This document shows, piece by piece, positions 36,178 to 46,045 of a stretch of 64,000 nt of DNA; position 1 is the stretch's first letter, and each line of letters starts with the position of its first letter. This DNA is from Blastochloris sp. GTDB lineage: Bacteria > Verrucomicrobiota > Verrucomicrobiia > Methylacidiphilales > JAAUTS01. The position numbers were made by a program, and so were the translations under genes. Location: NCBI GenBank assembly GCA_034440395.1, contig JAWXBW010000047.1:5567-69566 (forward strand). The letters are read 5' to 3'. Under the pieces are notes generated by a model. The model was given only the letters and a program-made list of their open reading frames with translations. It ran no database searches and had not been told where the DNA came from.

Positions 36178-38979
36178 TTAACCCGTGGTGCGTAAACCGC
36201 CAGCTATTGCGTTGATTGAGAGTAATAAGTCTGGCAACAATTCGTTGGCTGCACCTTGGTCTTCTTTGCTCCGCAACATCCGCCACTCGCGAAGGAGGCT
36301 GATTTGTTGGTAATGAAGGGTGCGCAGTGCTTCTTCCCTGAGTTGAAGCGTGGCAAACATTTTAGGACGTCTTTTAGCTAAGGTGCCTCCGCCGAAGAGC
36401 CGATCCATCATGCGATGGGTGCGAAGAAATTCACTTTTAATCATAGTGAAAAATCGACGGCGCAGTTTAGGATCTTCCACTAAACCCGCATAAGCCTTCA
36501 TGATTTCTAAGTCCGCACTGGCCAGGTTTGTTTCCACATTGGTCAAAACATAACGCAAGAAAGGCCACGTCTTCACGGCCTCTTGTAACCCCTTGAAGGA
36601 GATATCACCTTGTTTGGTGATTTGTTCTAAGGCGGAGCCAACTCCGAACCAGCCTGGAACATAAAAGCGGGATTGATTCCAACTAAACACCCAAGGAATG
36701 GCGCGGAGATCTTCTAGGGATCGAACCCCTGTACGGCGCGAGGGGCGGGAGCCGATGCGGCTTTGCTCTAAAGCATCAATAGGAGTGGCTTGGCCATAGA
36801 AGGTGATGAAATCTTCTTTCTGGATAAATTTACGATAAAATTCTGAGCTGGAACGGCAGAGCTCTTCCGCCAAGGGTTCAAATTTGGAATAATCTTTCGA
36901 GCGGTGACGATCTTCAAGGGTCACACCTGTTACGCCGGCTAAGAGAAGTTCTAAGTTATAAACAGCTGTAATTTGGTTGGCGTATTTTTGGGAAATAGTT
37001 TCTCCTTGCTCGGTGACACGCAGGTCAGCGTCGAGAGAGCCATGGGGTAGAGCCCCGAGGAAACGGTGGGTGGGGCCGGCACCGCGGCTGATGGTGCCGC
37101 CACGCCCATGGAAAAAACGGATTTTAACGTCATTATCTTTGCCGACTTTTTGCAGAGTTTTTTGGGTTTTTTGTAACCCCCATTGACTGGCTAGAATCCC
37201 AGCGTCTTTATTACTATCACTATAACCGATCATGACTTGCTGAATAGAAGGAGCGTTGAGGGAATGACTTTCATCTGTCTCTTCTTTGATGACTTTATTC
37301 TGGTAACGAAGACTAGCACGGGTGACGGGATGCTGAAGGAATGCGCGCAAGATATGTTCTGAGTTTTCTAAATCGCTCAGAGTTTCAAAAAGCGGCACAA
37401 CAGGCAGTAGGCAGTAGAGCCCTTTCGTGGTGTATTTTGCGAGACCCGCTTCACGTGCTAGAATATAAACGACGAGAAGGTCTGAGACCCGCTTTGTCAT
37501 GCTAACAATGAGAGAGCCTAAGCCCGTGCTGCCGAAGTTTTGGATGTGTTTTTCTAAAGAGCGGTAACAGCTTAAAACAGCCTCTGCCTGAGGACCGACA
37601 TCAGAATCACCATGAAGGAAAGGGCGCGGTGAGCGGAGTTCCTTCATGAGAAATGACAGTCGCTCGGCCTCCGGCCAAGTGGCGAAGTCGCTGCCGTCAA
37701 GGCCAGCGGCGATCATGAGTTGGCTCATGGCTTTATCATGGAACTGGCTGTTTTGGCGAATGTCTAATTTAGCGAGGTGGAAACCAAAGGTTTTCACCTT
37801 ACGGATGATGGGATCAATGTCCGAGACGGCTAAGCGAATCGCTCCGATTTTGACCAAGGACTCCCTTAAAAGCCGTAGATCAGAAAGGAGCTCGCAAGGG
37901 AAGCGGTAGCAACCAGGCCATTCACTAGTTTCTAGTTTAGAATTATTTCTAAGATTCAGCGGCAGCTTAGCTACAATAACGTTGGCGAGTTGGCGCCAAG
38001 GCTCTAGTGGATTACGCTTAAGGCAAGCTTCCCCACGCTCACCCATGTGATCAATCGAGGCCAGAATCTGGACTTTAAGATTCTCAGGGATATGATGGAG
38101 ATCCGCTGATAAACTAAGAGTCCTCGGTAAAACGCTTAAACGACGATTGAGAATTTGGAGAGCTTGACTGCGTAATTCAAGTAAGGTTTCTACCGTAACT
38201 ACATCCGTAACAAGGGGATGCCCATCGCGGTCTCCACCGACCCAAATGCCGAAGGAGAGTTTTGGGAAGTTATCAGGATCTTGCATCCATTTAGGGTCAA
38301 GTCCCGCTTTATGCCAAGCCTGTTTGAGTCGTAAATCTAATCGCGACAAAACATTCGGGAAAACCTCACGTAGGTGATAGGTAATGGTCTGTCGTTCTTT
38401 AGCGACTTTAGGTTTTTCGAAAATAACTTCACCAGTGCGCCATAGTCTCTCCAGAGCCACTTTAATTTCTTCACGTATGCTCTCTAACTCCGCTGGAGTC
38501 CACATACTGTTTTCACGCGATACGAGGAGAAGATAGATGGCACGATGTTGTTCCAACACGGTAGCACGCTTAGCCTCAGTCGGGTGAGCGGTCAGGACGG
38601 GCTCAACCCGAACGTGGCGTAGGACTTCTACGATATCCCGCTCTTTCATTCCATTTTTTTTCAGACGTTTTAGATAATAAGTCCAGAGCCCAGGCTCATC
38701 TTGCTTACGGGGAAGGCTAGCGCGGGCACGACGCATTTGTGCCGCGGCGTTTTCTTCCACCATGTTGAGAAGTTGGAAGATGACGCCATAGGCTTGCATG
38801 AGACGATTAGAGAAGCGGCTGGAAACAGGCTTCGTCTTCGTGCTGTTTAAAAAGGGGAGCGCTTCTGCCACATCTTTTTCTCCCAAATCAATCAAAACCT
38901 CACGGAAGCAGCCGACCATAAGTTCGAGGTCACGGTCTATTTTAGCAAAGCCTGTTTTGGTGAAGTTTGGTTGAGCCAT
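36178..38979 (-). CDS. ppc: Phosphoenolpyruvate carboxylase
   Basis: 933 aa with VLTAHPTEAKR, GYSDSNKDAG, FHGRGGTISRGAGP and C-terminal AGGLRTTG. Confidence 0.95.
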   Translation of the reverse strand: MAQPNFTKTGFAKIDRDLELMVGCFREVLIDLGEKDVAEALPFLNSTKTKPVSSRFSNRLMQAYGVIFQLLNMVEENAAAQMRRARASLPRKQDEPGLWTYYLKRLKKNGMKERDIVEVLRHVRVEPVLTAHPTEAKRATVLEQHRAIYLLLVSRENSMWTPAELESIREEIKVALERLWRTGEVIFEKPKVAKERQTITYHLREVFPNVLSRLDLRLKQAWHKAGLDPKWMQDPDNFPKLSFGIWVGGDRDGHPLVTDVVTVETLLELRSQALQILNRRLSVLPRTLSLSADLHHIPENLKVQILASIDHMGERGEACLKRNPLEPWRQLANVIVAKLPLNLRNNSKLETSEWPGCYRFPCELLSDLRLLRESLVKIGAIRLAVSDIDPIIRKVKTFGFHLAKLDIRQNSQFHDKAMSQLMIAAGLDGSDFATWPEAERLSFLMKELRSPRPFLHGDSDVGPQAEAVLSCYRSLEKHIQNFGSTGLGSLIVSMTKRVSDLLVVYILAREAGLAKYTTKGLYCLLPVVPLFETLSDLENSEHILRAFLQHPVTRASLRYQNKVIKEETDESHSLNAPSIQQVMIGYSDSNKDAGILASQWGLQKTQKTLQKVGKDNDVKIRFFHGRGGTISRGAGPTHRFLGALPHGSLDADLRVTEQGETISQKYANQITAVYNLELLLAGVTGVTLEDRHRSKDYSKFEPLAEELCRSSSEFYRKFIQKEDFITFYGQATPIDALEQSRIGSRPSRRTGVRSLEDLRAIPWVFSWNQSRFYVPGWFGVGSALEQITKQGDISFKGLQEAVKTWPFLRYVLTNVETNLASADLEIMKAYAGLVEDPKLRRRFFTMIKSEFLRTHRMMDRLFGGGTLAKRRPKMFATLQLREEALRTLHYQQISLLREWRMLRSKEDQGAANELLPDLLLSINAIAGGLRTTG

Positions 38980-39075
38980 AATGTATTTTTTCTAAGAAAC
39001 TGAAATTGAGTAAACTAAGTAGCCATTCCTATGCCAGAAGCCAATGACAAAGAAGCATCTCGTGGATTTTTTGAC

Positions 39076-39597
39076 CTAATCCTCTTCAAAGCTTATATCC
39101 ACTTGTAAATCAGCAGCTAGTGCCTCCAGCTTCTTTCGCAGATCATGAACGTGGCAGCTTGCGGGAAGCCGTATCTTAGTTTTAGCTTGAAAAATCAAAC
39201 CCCCCGCCATCGGCGCACTGAGCACTTCACTTTGCAATTCCTCAACATTGACTTGGTGCTCGTTTAATATTTCCGTAATTTGACGAATAATACCAGGTTG
39301 ATCATTTCCGATAATTTCTAGTCGAGCCGATAAGCCTGTCGGAGACTCAAAATCGTTAACATCAGCAAAGACCGTAATGGTTAAACCTTCCTCTTGCAAA
39401 AGACCTAATTTCTCCACCAAGTTAGGATGAGCCTCCTCCGAAACGCTTACATGAACAATGCCCGCAAACTGCCCACCTAGTCGACACATGCGGCTTTCTA
39501 ACCAGTTACCACCACATTGCGCCACAGTTGCCGCTACGGCTTGGATGAGACCAGGGCGATCTATTCCGATGACGGTCAGAACTAAAGACGTGCTCAT
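39076..39597 (-). CDS. Tandem ACT-domain protein (GcvR-like)
   Basis: 173 aa with two ACT-like repeats (LTVIGIDRPGLIQAVAATVA... and LEIIGNDQPGIIRQITEILNEH...). Confidence 0.65.
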   Translation of the reverse strand: MSTSLVLTVIGIDRPGLIQAVAATVAQCGGNWLESRMCRLGGQFAGIVHVSVSEEAHPNLVEKLGLLQEEGLTITVFADVNDFESPTGLSARLEIIGNDQPGIIRQITEILNEHQVNVEELQSEVLSAPMAGGLIFQAKTKIRLPASCHVHDLRKKLEALAADLQVDISFEED

Positions 39598-39623
39598 AAA
39601 ATAGGTGAAAGCTTTAAGAGCTT

Positions 39624-40457
39624 TTAGGGTGTAGATGGTTCCATGATGGATTTTAATTGATAACCTTCTGGTATATCAAAAAAAGTGCTATCCGTTTTAG
39701 TTTCAAAAATCTTTTTCATCTCCCAGTGGGAAGTAATTTTACCTTTTGTATCATAACTAAGGTCTTTGATCGGGATGCCAGAGAGCCCTGATAGGCCATC
39801 ATCACTAGCCGTAAGCATGCGGGAGATGTCTAGCCTGTTGTCAGGCAGGGAGAGTTTAGAAAAAAAGGAAGAGAGGTTTTTTAACATGCCTACATATTGG
39901 CTAATGTTAAGCAGATCAGCCGGTGGAACCGTCCATACTTCTCCGACTTTTATGCCATTTTCTTTTTCCTCAAATTTAGCTGCTGTCCAAGGCCCGATTT
40001 TTTCTTCTTTGCCTACGTTAACATAAGTCGTTTTTGGTAAGGCGGGTTTTACCTCTTCGCTGCCAGGCAGACTCACGCCCTCAGGCAAATTTTCTTTCAG
40101 TAACCCTTCCAATAATATGCGCTGCGCAGGGGGAAGGTTTTCCATTTGAGATTTCACTTCCTTCATGGCATCGCTTAGTTGTGAGCTTAATTGGGTGATG
40201 TCAGCCTCTGTCATTTGGCGATAGGATTTGGTGGAGGAATCGATGATCCAAAGTAGTTTTTTGTCTGCACGGTAAATAAATAAGCCCTCAGGTGAGTCCA
40301 CACGTAGCCCCTTGGCATCCATGGTCAGGGTGCTAAGCACGGGAGCGTCTTGGCCTTGTTGATTCATACTTTCAATAACAAGCGAAGCCCTCAGTCCAGG
40401 GGTGAGAAAACTCAAAAGAAAGAGCCAAACAAAGGTGCGCATAAAATTCATGCTCAA
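39624..40457 (-). CDS. Secreted hypothetical protein
   Basis: 277 aa with signal peptide MRTFVWLFLLSFLTPGLRA. I cannot name a domain with confidence. Confidence 0.5.
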   Translation of the reverse strand: MSMNFMRTFVWLFLLSFLTPGLRASLVIESMNQQGQDAPVLSTLTMDAKGLRVDSPEGLFIYRADKKLLWIIDSSTKSYRQMTEADITQLSSQLSDAMKEVKSQMENLPPAQRILLEGLLKENLPEGVSLPGSEEVKPALPKTTYVNVGKEEKIGPWTAAKFEEKENGIKVGEVWTVPPADLLNISQYVGMLKNLSSFFSKLSLPDNRLDISRMLTASDDGLSGLSGIPIKDLSYDTKGKITSHWEMKKIFETKTDSTFFDIPEGYQLKSIMEPSTP

Positions 40458-40691
40458 ATTCTATTCTAAATTTTAAACTTTGAACAGCCTGAGAAATGGT
40501 GTGTCGACATACCCGCACTCTCCACCGTTGTGGGCGCAACAGCCTGCCCTTGCACCCTAGTCGAGGGATAACATAGCAATAAGGTGGAGCCTCAGTCTTA
40601 AGAAGAAGGTAAAACTTCAACGCACTATCTTTAAACAATGTTCCCGCCCTTACTATTGCATTTTTGGGGCTGAGCGTTAAGCTATAAGATC

Positions 40692-41765
40692 ATGGGATTA
40701 ATCAATCAAATGCAGGACTCAGTTGTTCAGCCTGGCGACGGCATAGTCATGAGCAGCCGTGTTCGCTTAGCTAGAAACTTGCACAATAAACCTTTCCCAG
40801 GTTGGTTAAAGAAATCCCAACGTGAGGAACTCCTGCAAATCATCCAACCAGCCTTGCGTAACTTGCCCGAAATGAAGTCTTCCGCCATCCATCAAACGAT
40901 GGATGCCTTCAACCCTCTGGAAAAACAAATGCTGGTAGAGCAACATCTCATCAGCCGCGAACATGCCGCTAAAAACTCGGGCAGCGGTCTGGTGGTTAAT
41001 CAGGAACGCACTCTTAGCGTCATGATTAACGAAGAGGATCACTTGCGACTCCAATCTATCTATCCAGGCTTCCAGCTGGAAGCGGCTTGGGAAGTGATTG
41101 ATAAAATCGACACGGAGTTGGAAGAGGAGCTAGAATTTGCCTATTCCGCTACGCTAGGCTATCTAACGGCATGCCCAACGAATGTGGGCACAGGTATGCG
41201 CGCCTCTGCGATGTTACACTTACCTGGCTTGGTCTTGAGCGAACAGATCAATCAAGTCATAAAATCCGTCAACCAAATCGGGCTGGCCGTGCGTGGCCTC
41301 TATGGCGAAGGCACAGAAGCTCTCGGTAATTTATTCCAAATTTCTAACCAGATGACTCTGGGTGAAAGTGAGCGACAAATTCTTGATCGCCTGACGAAAG
41401 TAGTGAACCACTTAATCGAGCACGAGTTAAATGCCCGCCAAAAGTTACTCCAAGAAAAAGGTCGTATGGTGGCCGATCAACTAGGTCGTGCTTACGGTGT
41501 GATGCAGAACTCTTATTCCATCACGTCTAAAGAAGCACTCAATCTTCTTTCGCTCCTTATTTTAGGAGTGGACTTAGGAATTCTACCGAATAGTTTAAGG
41601 GAAAAGATTGATGAGTTATTTGTCCTTACCCAACCCGCTCATTTGCAACAAGCTGCTGCGCGCAAACTCAACGCCGATGAACGCGACGCTTTCCGTTCCG
41701 ATCTTTTACGTGATAAACTCAAATCTATCCCAGCTCCTAACATAAAAAAATTAAAACTTTTCTAA
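40692..41765 (+). CDS. mcsB: Protein arginine kinase McsB (ATP:guanido phosphotransferase)
   Basis: 357 aa with SSRVRLARNL, MINEEDHLRLQS and CPTNVGTGMRAS. Confidence 0.9.
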   Translation: MGLINQMQDSVVQPGDGIVMSSRVRLARNLHNKPFPGWLKKSQREELLQIIQPALRNLPEMKSSAIHQTMDAFNPLEKQMLVEQHLISREHAAKNSGSGLVVNQERTLSVMINEEDHLRLQSIYPGFQLEAAWEVIDKIDTELEEELEFAYSATLGYLTACPTNVGTGMRASAMLHLPGLVLSEQINQVIKSVNQIGLAVRGLYGEGTEALGNLFQISNQMTLGESERQILDRLTKVVNHLIEHELNARQKLLQEKGRMVADQLGRAYGVMQNSYSITSKEALNLLSLLILGVDLGILPNSLREKIDELFVLTQPAHLQQAAARKLNADERDAFRSDLLRDKLKSIPAPNIKKLKLF

Positions 41766-41795
41766 CCATTTGCACACACCAACAACCATTACATT

Positions 41796-44312
41796 ATGAA
41801 TAATTTTACTCCACGCGCTCAACAAGTTTTGGCTCTCGCCCGCAAGGAAGCCGATCGTTTTAACCATAATTACGTCGGAACAGAGCATCTCCTCCTCGGC
41901 CTGATCAAGCTCGGTCAAGGCGTTGCCGTGAACGTCTTACAAAAAATGGGTCTTGACCTTGAAACAGTCCGTATGGAAGTGGAAAAACAAGTCGGCTCTG
42001 GCCCCGACACTAAAATTTCTGGCAACATTCCTTACACACCTCGAGTAAAAAAAGTTCTAGCCCTTGCTGGTAAAGAAGCCAAAGCTCTCCACCACTCCTA
42101 CGTCGGCACGGAGCATATCTTGCTCGGACTCTTGCGTGAAGGTGATGGTGTGGCCGCACGTGTGCTAAAAACTCTGGACGTTGATCTCGAACGGGCTCGT
42201 AACGAAGTCTTAAAAGAGCTTGATCCTAATTTCGAAGGTTCTGAGCAAGAGGAAGATTTCTCTGGAGGCTCGCAGGAAGCAGCATCTCCTGCTGGCGGTT
42301 CCGCTGCGAGTAAAAAAGATGGAAAGACTCCAGCTCTAAAAGCCTTTGGGCGTGACTTAACGGAAATGGCCGCCAAGGGTGACCTCGATCCCGTCATTGG
42401 TCGTAAAAACGAGATCGAACGCGTGGTTCAGATTCTCTGCCGTCGCAGCAAGAATAATCCCGTCCTCATCGGCGAAGCTGGCGTGGGTAAGACCGCCATC
42501 GTAGAAGGCCTAGCTCAAGAGATCGTGGCGGGTAATGTGCCCGAACTCTTACGGGACAAAAAGGTGATCACCCTAGATTTGGCCCTGATGGTCGCAGGCA
42601 CTAAATACCGCGGACAATTTGAGGAGCGCATTAAAGCGGTCATGGAAGAAATACGTAAATCCAAAAATATTCTGCTCTTCATTGATGAGATGCATACCAT
42701 TGTGGGCGCAGGCTCAGCAGAAGGCGCTATGGATGCCTCAAACATTATCAAGCCCGCCCTCTCCCGCGGCGAGCTTCAGTGTATCGGTGCGACCACGCTG
42801 AACGAGTATCGGAAATATATCGAAAAAGATTCTGCCTTAGAACGCCGTTTCCAGAGCGTGAAGGTGGAGGCTCCTAGTGTTGAAGAAACTATTCTTATCT
42901 TAAAAGGTCTCCGCCCTAAATATGAACAGCATCACAAAGCTCGCATCACAGACGAAGCTCTGGTCGAAGCCACTAAGTTAAGCGACCGCTATCTCACGGG
43001 CAGATTTCTACCAGATAAAGCCATCGACATCATGGACGAGGCTGGTTCCCGCTCTCGCATCAAGGCCACCATGACACCCCCTGAATTAAAGACGATGGAG
43101 GCGGATATTGAAGTCATACGTCAGAGCAAAGAAACGGCGATTAAGGAACAGGACTTTGAAAAAGCTGCCTCGCTGCGCGACAACGAAAAAGCGGCTAAAC
43201 TGAAGCTTGAAACTAGTTTGAGTGATTGGCGCAAACATCGCGATGAACAAATTGTCGAAGTCGGTGCGGATGACATCATGTATGTCATTTCTAAATGGAC
43301 GGGTATTCCCCTTACCCGCTTGGAAGAAAAAGAAACAGAGCGCCTCATCACTATCGGAGATCAATTAAAAGATAAAGTGATCGGCCAAGAAGAAGGTGTG
43401 CAAGCCCTTGCCAAGGCTCTACGCCGTTCCCGTGCTGATTTAAAGGATCCGAAACGACCCATCGGCTCCTTTATTTTCCTCGGCCCCACCGGCGTTGGTA
43501 AAAGTCATTTAGCTAAGGCTCTCGCTCAACAAGTCTTCGGAGAGGCTGATGCCCTCATCCAGCTCGACATGAGCGAATACATGGAAAAGTTTAACGTCTC
43601 GCGCCTTGTCGGATCGCCTCCTGGCTATGTCGGGCACGAAGAAGGTGGCCAGCTCACGGAAAAAGTGCGGCGACGCCCTTACTGCGTCGTGCTGTTTGAC
43701 GAGATCGAGAAGGCACACCCTGATGTCTGGAACATCCTCCTGCAAATTCTGGAAGATGGACAGATCACGGACAGCCTTGGCCGTAAGATCGATTTCAGAA
43801 ATACCATCATCATCATGACCTCCAACGTGGGCGCAGAATTGATCAAGAAACAAAACGTGGTGGGATTCTCTGCCACCGACACGGATCAAACGAGTTACGA
43901 TGTGGTGAAAGAAAAACTCTTGGCGGAAGCGAAAAAAGTCTTCAAGCCCGAGTTCTTAAATCGTTTAACAGATATCATCGTGTTCCATCAACTTACACGC
44001 GAACACCTGAGTAAGATTGTCCATCTCGAAGTGGCTAAGGTTGAAGACCGTCTCAAATCGAGATCTATTTCCTTCAAGATCAGCCCTGAAGCCTTAGAAT
44101 ACCTGATCGATAAAGGTTACGATCCAGCCTATGGAGCGCGGCCTCTGCGGCGTGCAATTGAGAAGTACGTGGAAGATCCCATCGCTGAGGAGCTCATCCG
44201 CGGCACGATCAAGAGCAACTCCGTGGTTACGATTACGTTGAAGGATAAAGAATTAGTCTTCACCTCCGACTCTATTATTGAAATAGAGACCCTAAAAACT
44301 GGCAGTCTTTAA
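41796..44312 (+). CDS. clpC: ATP-dependent Clp protease ATP-binding subunit ClpC
   Basis: 838 aa with a double Clp_N repeat, GEAGVGKTAIVEGLA, a UVR-like linker (KEQDFEKAASLRDNE), GPTGVGKSHLAKALA and SEYMEK. Confidence 0.95.
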   Translation: MNNFTPRAQQVLALARKEADRFNHNYVGTEHLLLGLIKLGQGVAVNVLQKMGLDLETVRMEVEKQVGSGPDTKISGNIPYTPRVKKVLALAGKEAKALHHSYVGTEHILLGLLREGDGVAARVLKTLDVDLERARNEVLKELDPNFEGSEQEEDFSGGSQEAASPAGGSAASKKDGKTPALKAFGRDLTEMAAKGDLDPVIGRKNEIERVVQILCRRSKNNPVLIGEAGVGKTAIVEGLAQEIVAGNVPELLRDKKVITLDLALMVAGTKYRGQFEERIKAVMEEIRKSKNILLFIDEMHTIVGAGSAEGAMDASNIIKPALSRGELQCIGATTLNEYRKYIEKDSALERRFQSVKVEAPSVEETILILKGLRPKYEQHHKARITDEALVEATKLSDRYLTGRFLPDKAIDIMDEAGSRSRIKATMTPPELKTMEADIEVIRQSKETAIKEQDFEKAASLRDNEKAAKLKLETSLSDWRKHRDEQIVEVGADDIMYVISKWTGIPLTRLEEKETERLITIGDQLKDKVIGQEEGVQALAKALRRSRADLKDPKRPIGSFIFLGPTGVGKSHLAKALAQQVFGEADALIQLDMSEYMEKFNVSRLVGSPPGYVGHEEGGQLTEKVRRRPYCVVLFDEIEKAHPDVWNILLQILEDGQITDSLGRKIDFRNTIIIMTSNVGAELIKKQNVVGFSATDTDQTSYDVVKEKLLAEAKKVFKPEFLNRLTDIIVFHQLTREHLSKIVHLEVAKVEDRLKSRSISFKISPEALEYLIDKGYDPAYGARPLRRAIEKYVEDPIAEELIRGTIKSNSVVTITLKDKELVFTSDSIIEIETLKTGSL

Positions 44313-44321
44313 CCCATGCTA

Positions 44322-44358
44322 AAAGCCTTGTTGTTTGTAAGAACAGCAGGGCTTTTTT
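44322..44358 (+). terminator. Rho-independent terminator of clpC
   Basis: AAAGCCTTGTTG (44322-44333) pairs with CAGCAGGGCTTT (44344-44355), giving 12 bp including 2 G-U pairs. The T run extends to 44358. Confidence 0.65.
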
Positions 44359-44371
44359 GTGATCTCTATTA

Positions 44372-45091
44372 ATGAATGATCCTACGGTCTTAGAACATGG
44401 TAGAGCCGTCCGTAGCATGTTCGGAAGGATAGCTCAGCCTTACGACTTCTTAAACCGCTTCTTTAGCGGCGGAATCGACCTCTACTGGCGCTGGTGCTTA
44501 GTCCGTCAAGCTATTAACAGCCTGCAGGAGACCTCTGCCCCCTGTGGTATGGTTCTAGATTTAGCCACGGGCAGTGGTGATGTAGCGCGCATGTTAGAGA
44601 AACGGTCTATCAAGGTCTTGGCTAGTGATTTTTGTTTACCCATGTTAACTCAAGCGCAAGCTAAAGGTGTAAACACACTCGTAGCAGGTGATGCCTTAGC
44701 GCTGCCTTTTGTTAGTCATACCTTTGCCGCTGCCACCGTGGCCTTTGGCCTAAGGAATTTCGGGGATCGCCTTGCGGCCATGCGGGAAATACTACGCACC
44801 TTGAAACCTGGAGCTTCGTTGCATATTCTGGAGTTTACACGACCGCAAGATTGGTGCTGTGGTTTTTATTTTTTTTACCTAAAATACATTATGCCACGCC
44901 TAGCCTCTGTCCTGTGCCGCGACGGAGAAGCTTATTCTTATTTAGCTAGAACGGTGGAGGCATTTCCGCGAGCCGAGGAGATAGGTCTGCAACTAGAAAA
45001 AGCAGGTTATGCAAACGTGACCTGGAAATGCTTAACCTTAGGCATGGTCGCCCTACATTCTGGAACCAAGCCCCAAGCCTATTTAAAATAG
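44372..45091 (+). CDS. ubiE: Demethylmenaquinone/ubiquinone C-methyltransferase (UbiE/MenG)
   Basis: 239 aa with VRSMFGRIAQPYDFLNRFFSGGIDLYWR, VLDLATGSGD and FGLRNF. Confidence 0.85.
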   Translation: MNDPTVLEHGRAVRSMFGRIAQPYDFLNRFFSGGIDLYWRWCLVRQAINSLQETSAPCGMVLDLATGSGDVARMLEKRSIKVLASDFCLPMLTQAQAKGVNTLVAGDALALPFVSHTFAAATVAFGLRNFGDRLAAMREILRTLKPGASLHILEFTRPQDWCCGFYFFYLKYIMPRLASVLCRDGEAYSYLARTVEAFPRAEEIGLQLEKAGYANVTWKCLTLGMVALHSGTKPQAYLK

Positions 45092-45235
45092 CTTTTGGCT
45101 GATGTTCGTGCTTAAGCGATCCCCTGCAGTTCGTGACTAACAACAGAGAAGTCGCAGCTATGCTGATGCAGCCTCTGCCACGTTAACACAAAAATGCGCT
45201 GCTGTAAGGGATTAGGTTAAACGAGTTCGTTCGCA

Positions 45236-45533
45236 TTATGTTCTTTCCGTGCCATAAGTCAGCCGTCGCGCATGATGACGAAGAACCAAAATGCGAATTA
45301 TATCATTATGGACACGGAAGAGAAAATTATAGGGGAATCGGTTGAAATTCACTCTCCTGAAACTACTTTTTCTTACACTATGTCTTTCTGGATCGTCAGC
45401 TGCGGCCTGAACAAAAAACAGAGTTCGGAATAAAACTCTTTTGAAAGATGACTGCCCGCAACATTCTCGTAATAACTCATGATTGCATCAACCTCCGAGT
45501 AGACTTTGTGGTGGAATACAATCCGAAGCTCAT
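45236..45533 (-). pseudogene. RelE/ParE-superfamily toxin, two frameshifts
   Basis: Hand translation gives MSF | RIVFHHKVYSEVDAIMSYYENVAGSHLSKEFYSEL.. | ..VQAAADDPERHSVRKSSFRRVNFNRFPYNFLFRVHNDIIRILVLRHHARRLTYGTERT*. The first frame change is at about 45525, where TTCGG sits where TTCCGG is needed. The second is in the A6/T6 run at 45413-45418. Length is 298 nt (300-2). Confidence 0.7.
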
Positions 45534-45746
45534 TTGCGCTGGGCAATCAACTGGTCGAACTGCTCAAGATTGATTCCGACGATTGGATCTAAATCCATCT
45601 CGTCATAACGCCTTTGGGCTTCAATAATCCCATCATCAGAATCTAAAGATAGAGCAGGCAACGTATCCAAAATACGGGACGCAAGTAGCCCTCTGCTTCT
45701 CTAGCAGCTGCAAGATAAAACCTTCAACTTGTGTTAGCGTCATCAT
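45530..45746 (-). pseudogene. Addiction-module antitoxin (TIGR02574-like), frameshifted
   Basis: MMTLTQVEGFILQLLEKQRAT| then, in another frame, |LASRILDTLPALSLDSDDGIIEAQRRYDEMDLDPIVGINLEQFDQLIAQRK*. The frame change lies between 45680 and 45700. Length is 217 nt. Its stop overlaps the toxin ATG (ATGA). Confidence 0.65.
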
Positions 45747-45749
45747 TTT

Positions 45750-45938
45750 TTATTCTACATGCGCATATCCATGCTCGTAAACTAATTTTCCGAACATGTC
45801 GACGACCGGTGTTACCTCATTAAAGCAACCGTAAACTGCACGTGAACACCCGAATGTTTCGTGACCAAGATGCTCGGCCTTAATTTTGCGACCATGATCG
45901 ACATAGCGCTCGCCCAGGGATACGAGGATTTTTAAGTG
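45750..45938 (-). other. Start-less open frame, probable 3' fragment of an unidentified gene
   Basis: HLKILVSLGERYVDHGRKIKAEHLGHETFGCSRAVYGCFNEVTPVVDMFGKLVYEHGYAHVE*. It has no start codon after the upstream TGA (45939-45941) and ends 3 nt before the antitoxin ATG. I cannot assign a family. Confidence 0.25.
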
Positions 45939-46045
45939 TCAACGTACAATATGGTAAACCGATCAAGGGTGCAGGAGAGTTAAGAATTTAACAAAATGAC
46001 GTGAACAAATTTTTTTAAATCAGAACCACAGAATCTGAATTGATG

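Noticed and set aside
40480-40680. CTGAGA...ACCC (TPP-riboswitch-like fragments, about 40489-40515) and GGGGCTGA (tmRNA-like 5' end, about 40665).
   Set aside because: Neither is accompanied by the rest of the conserved core (no thi-box context; no GGATTCGAC, tag ORF or TCCACCA end). The context, upstream of mcsB, does not fit either.
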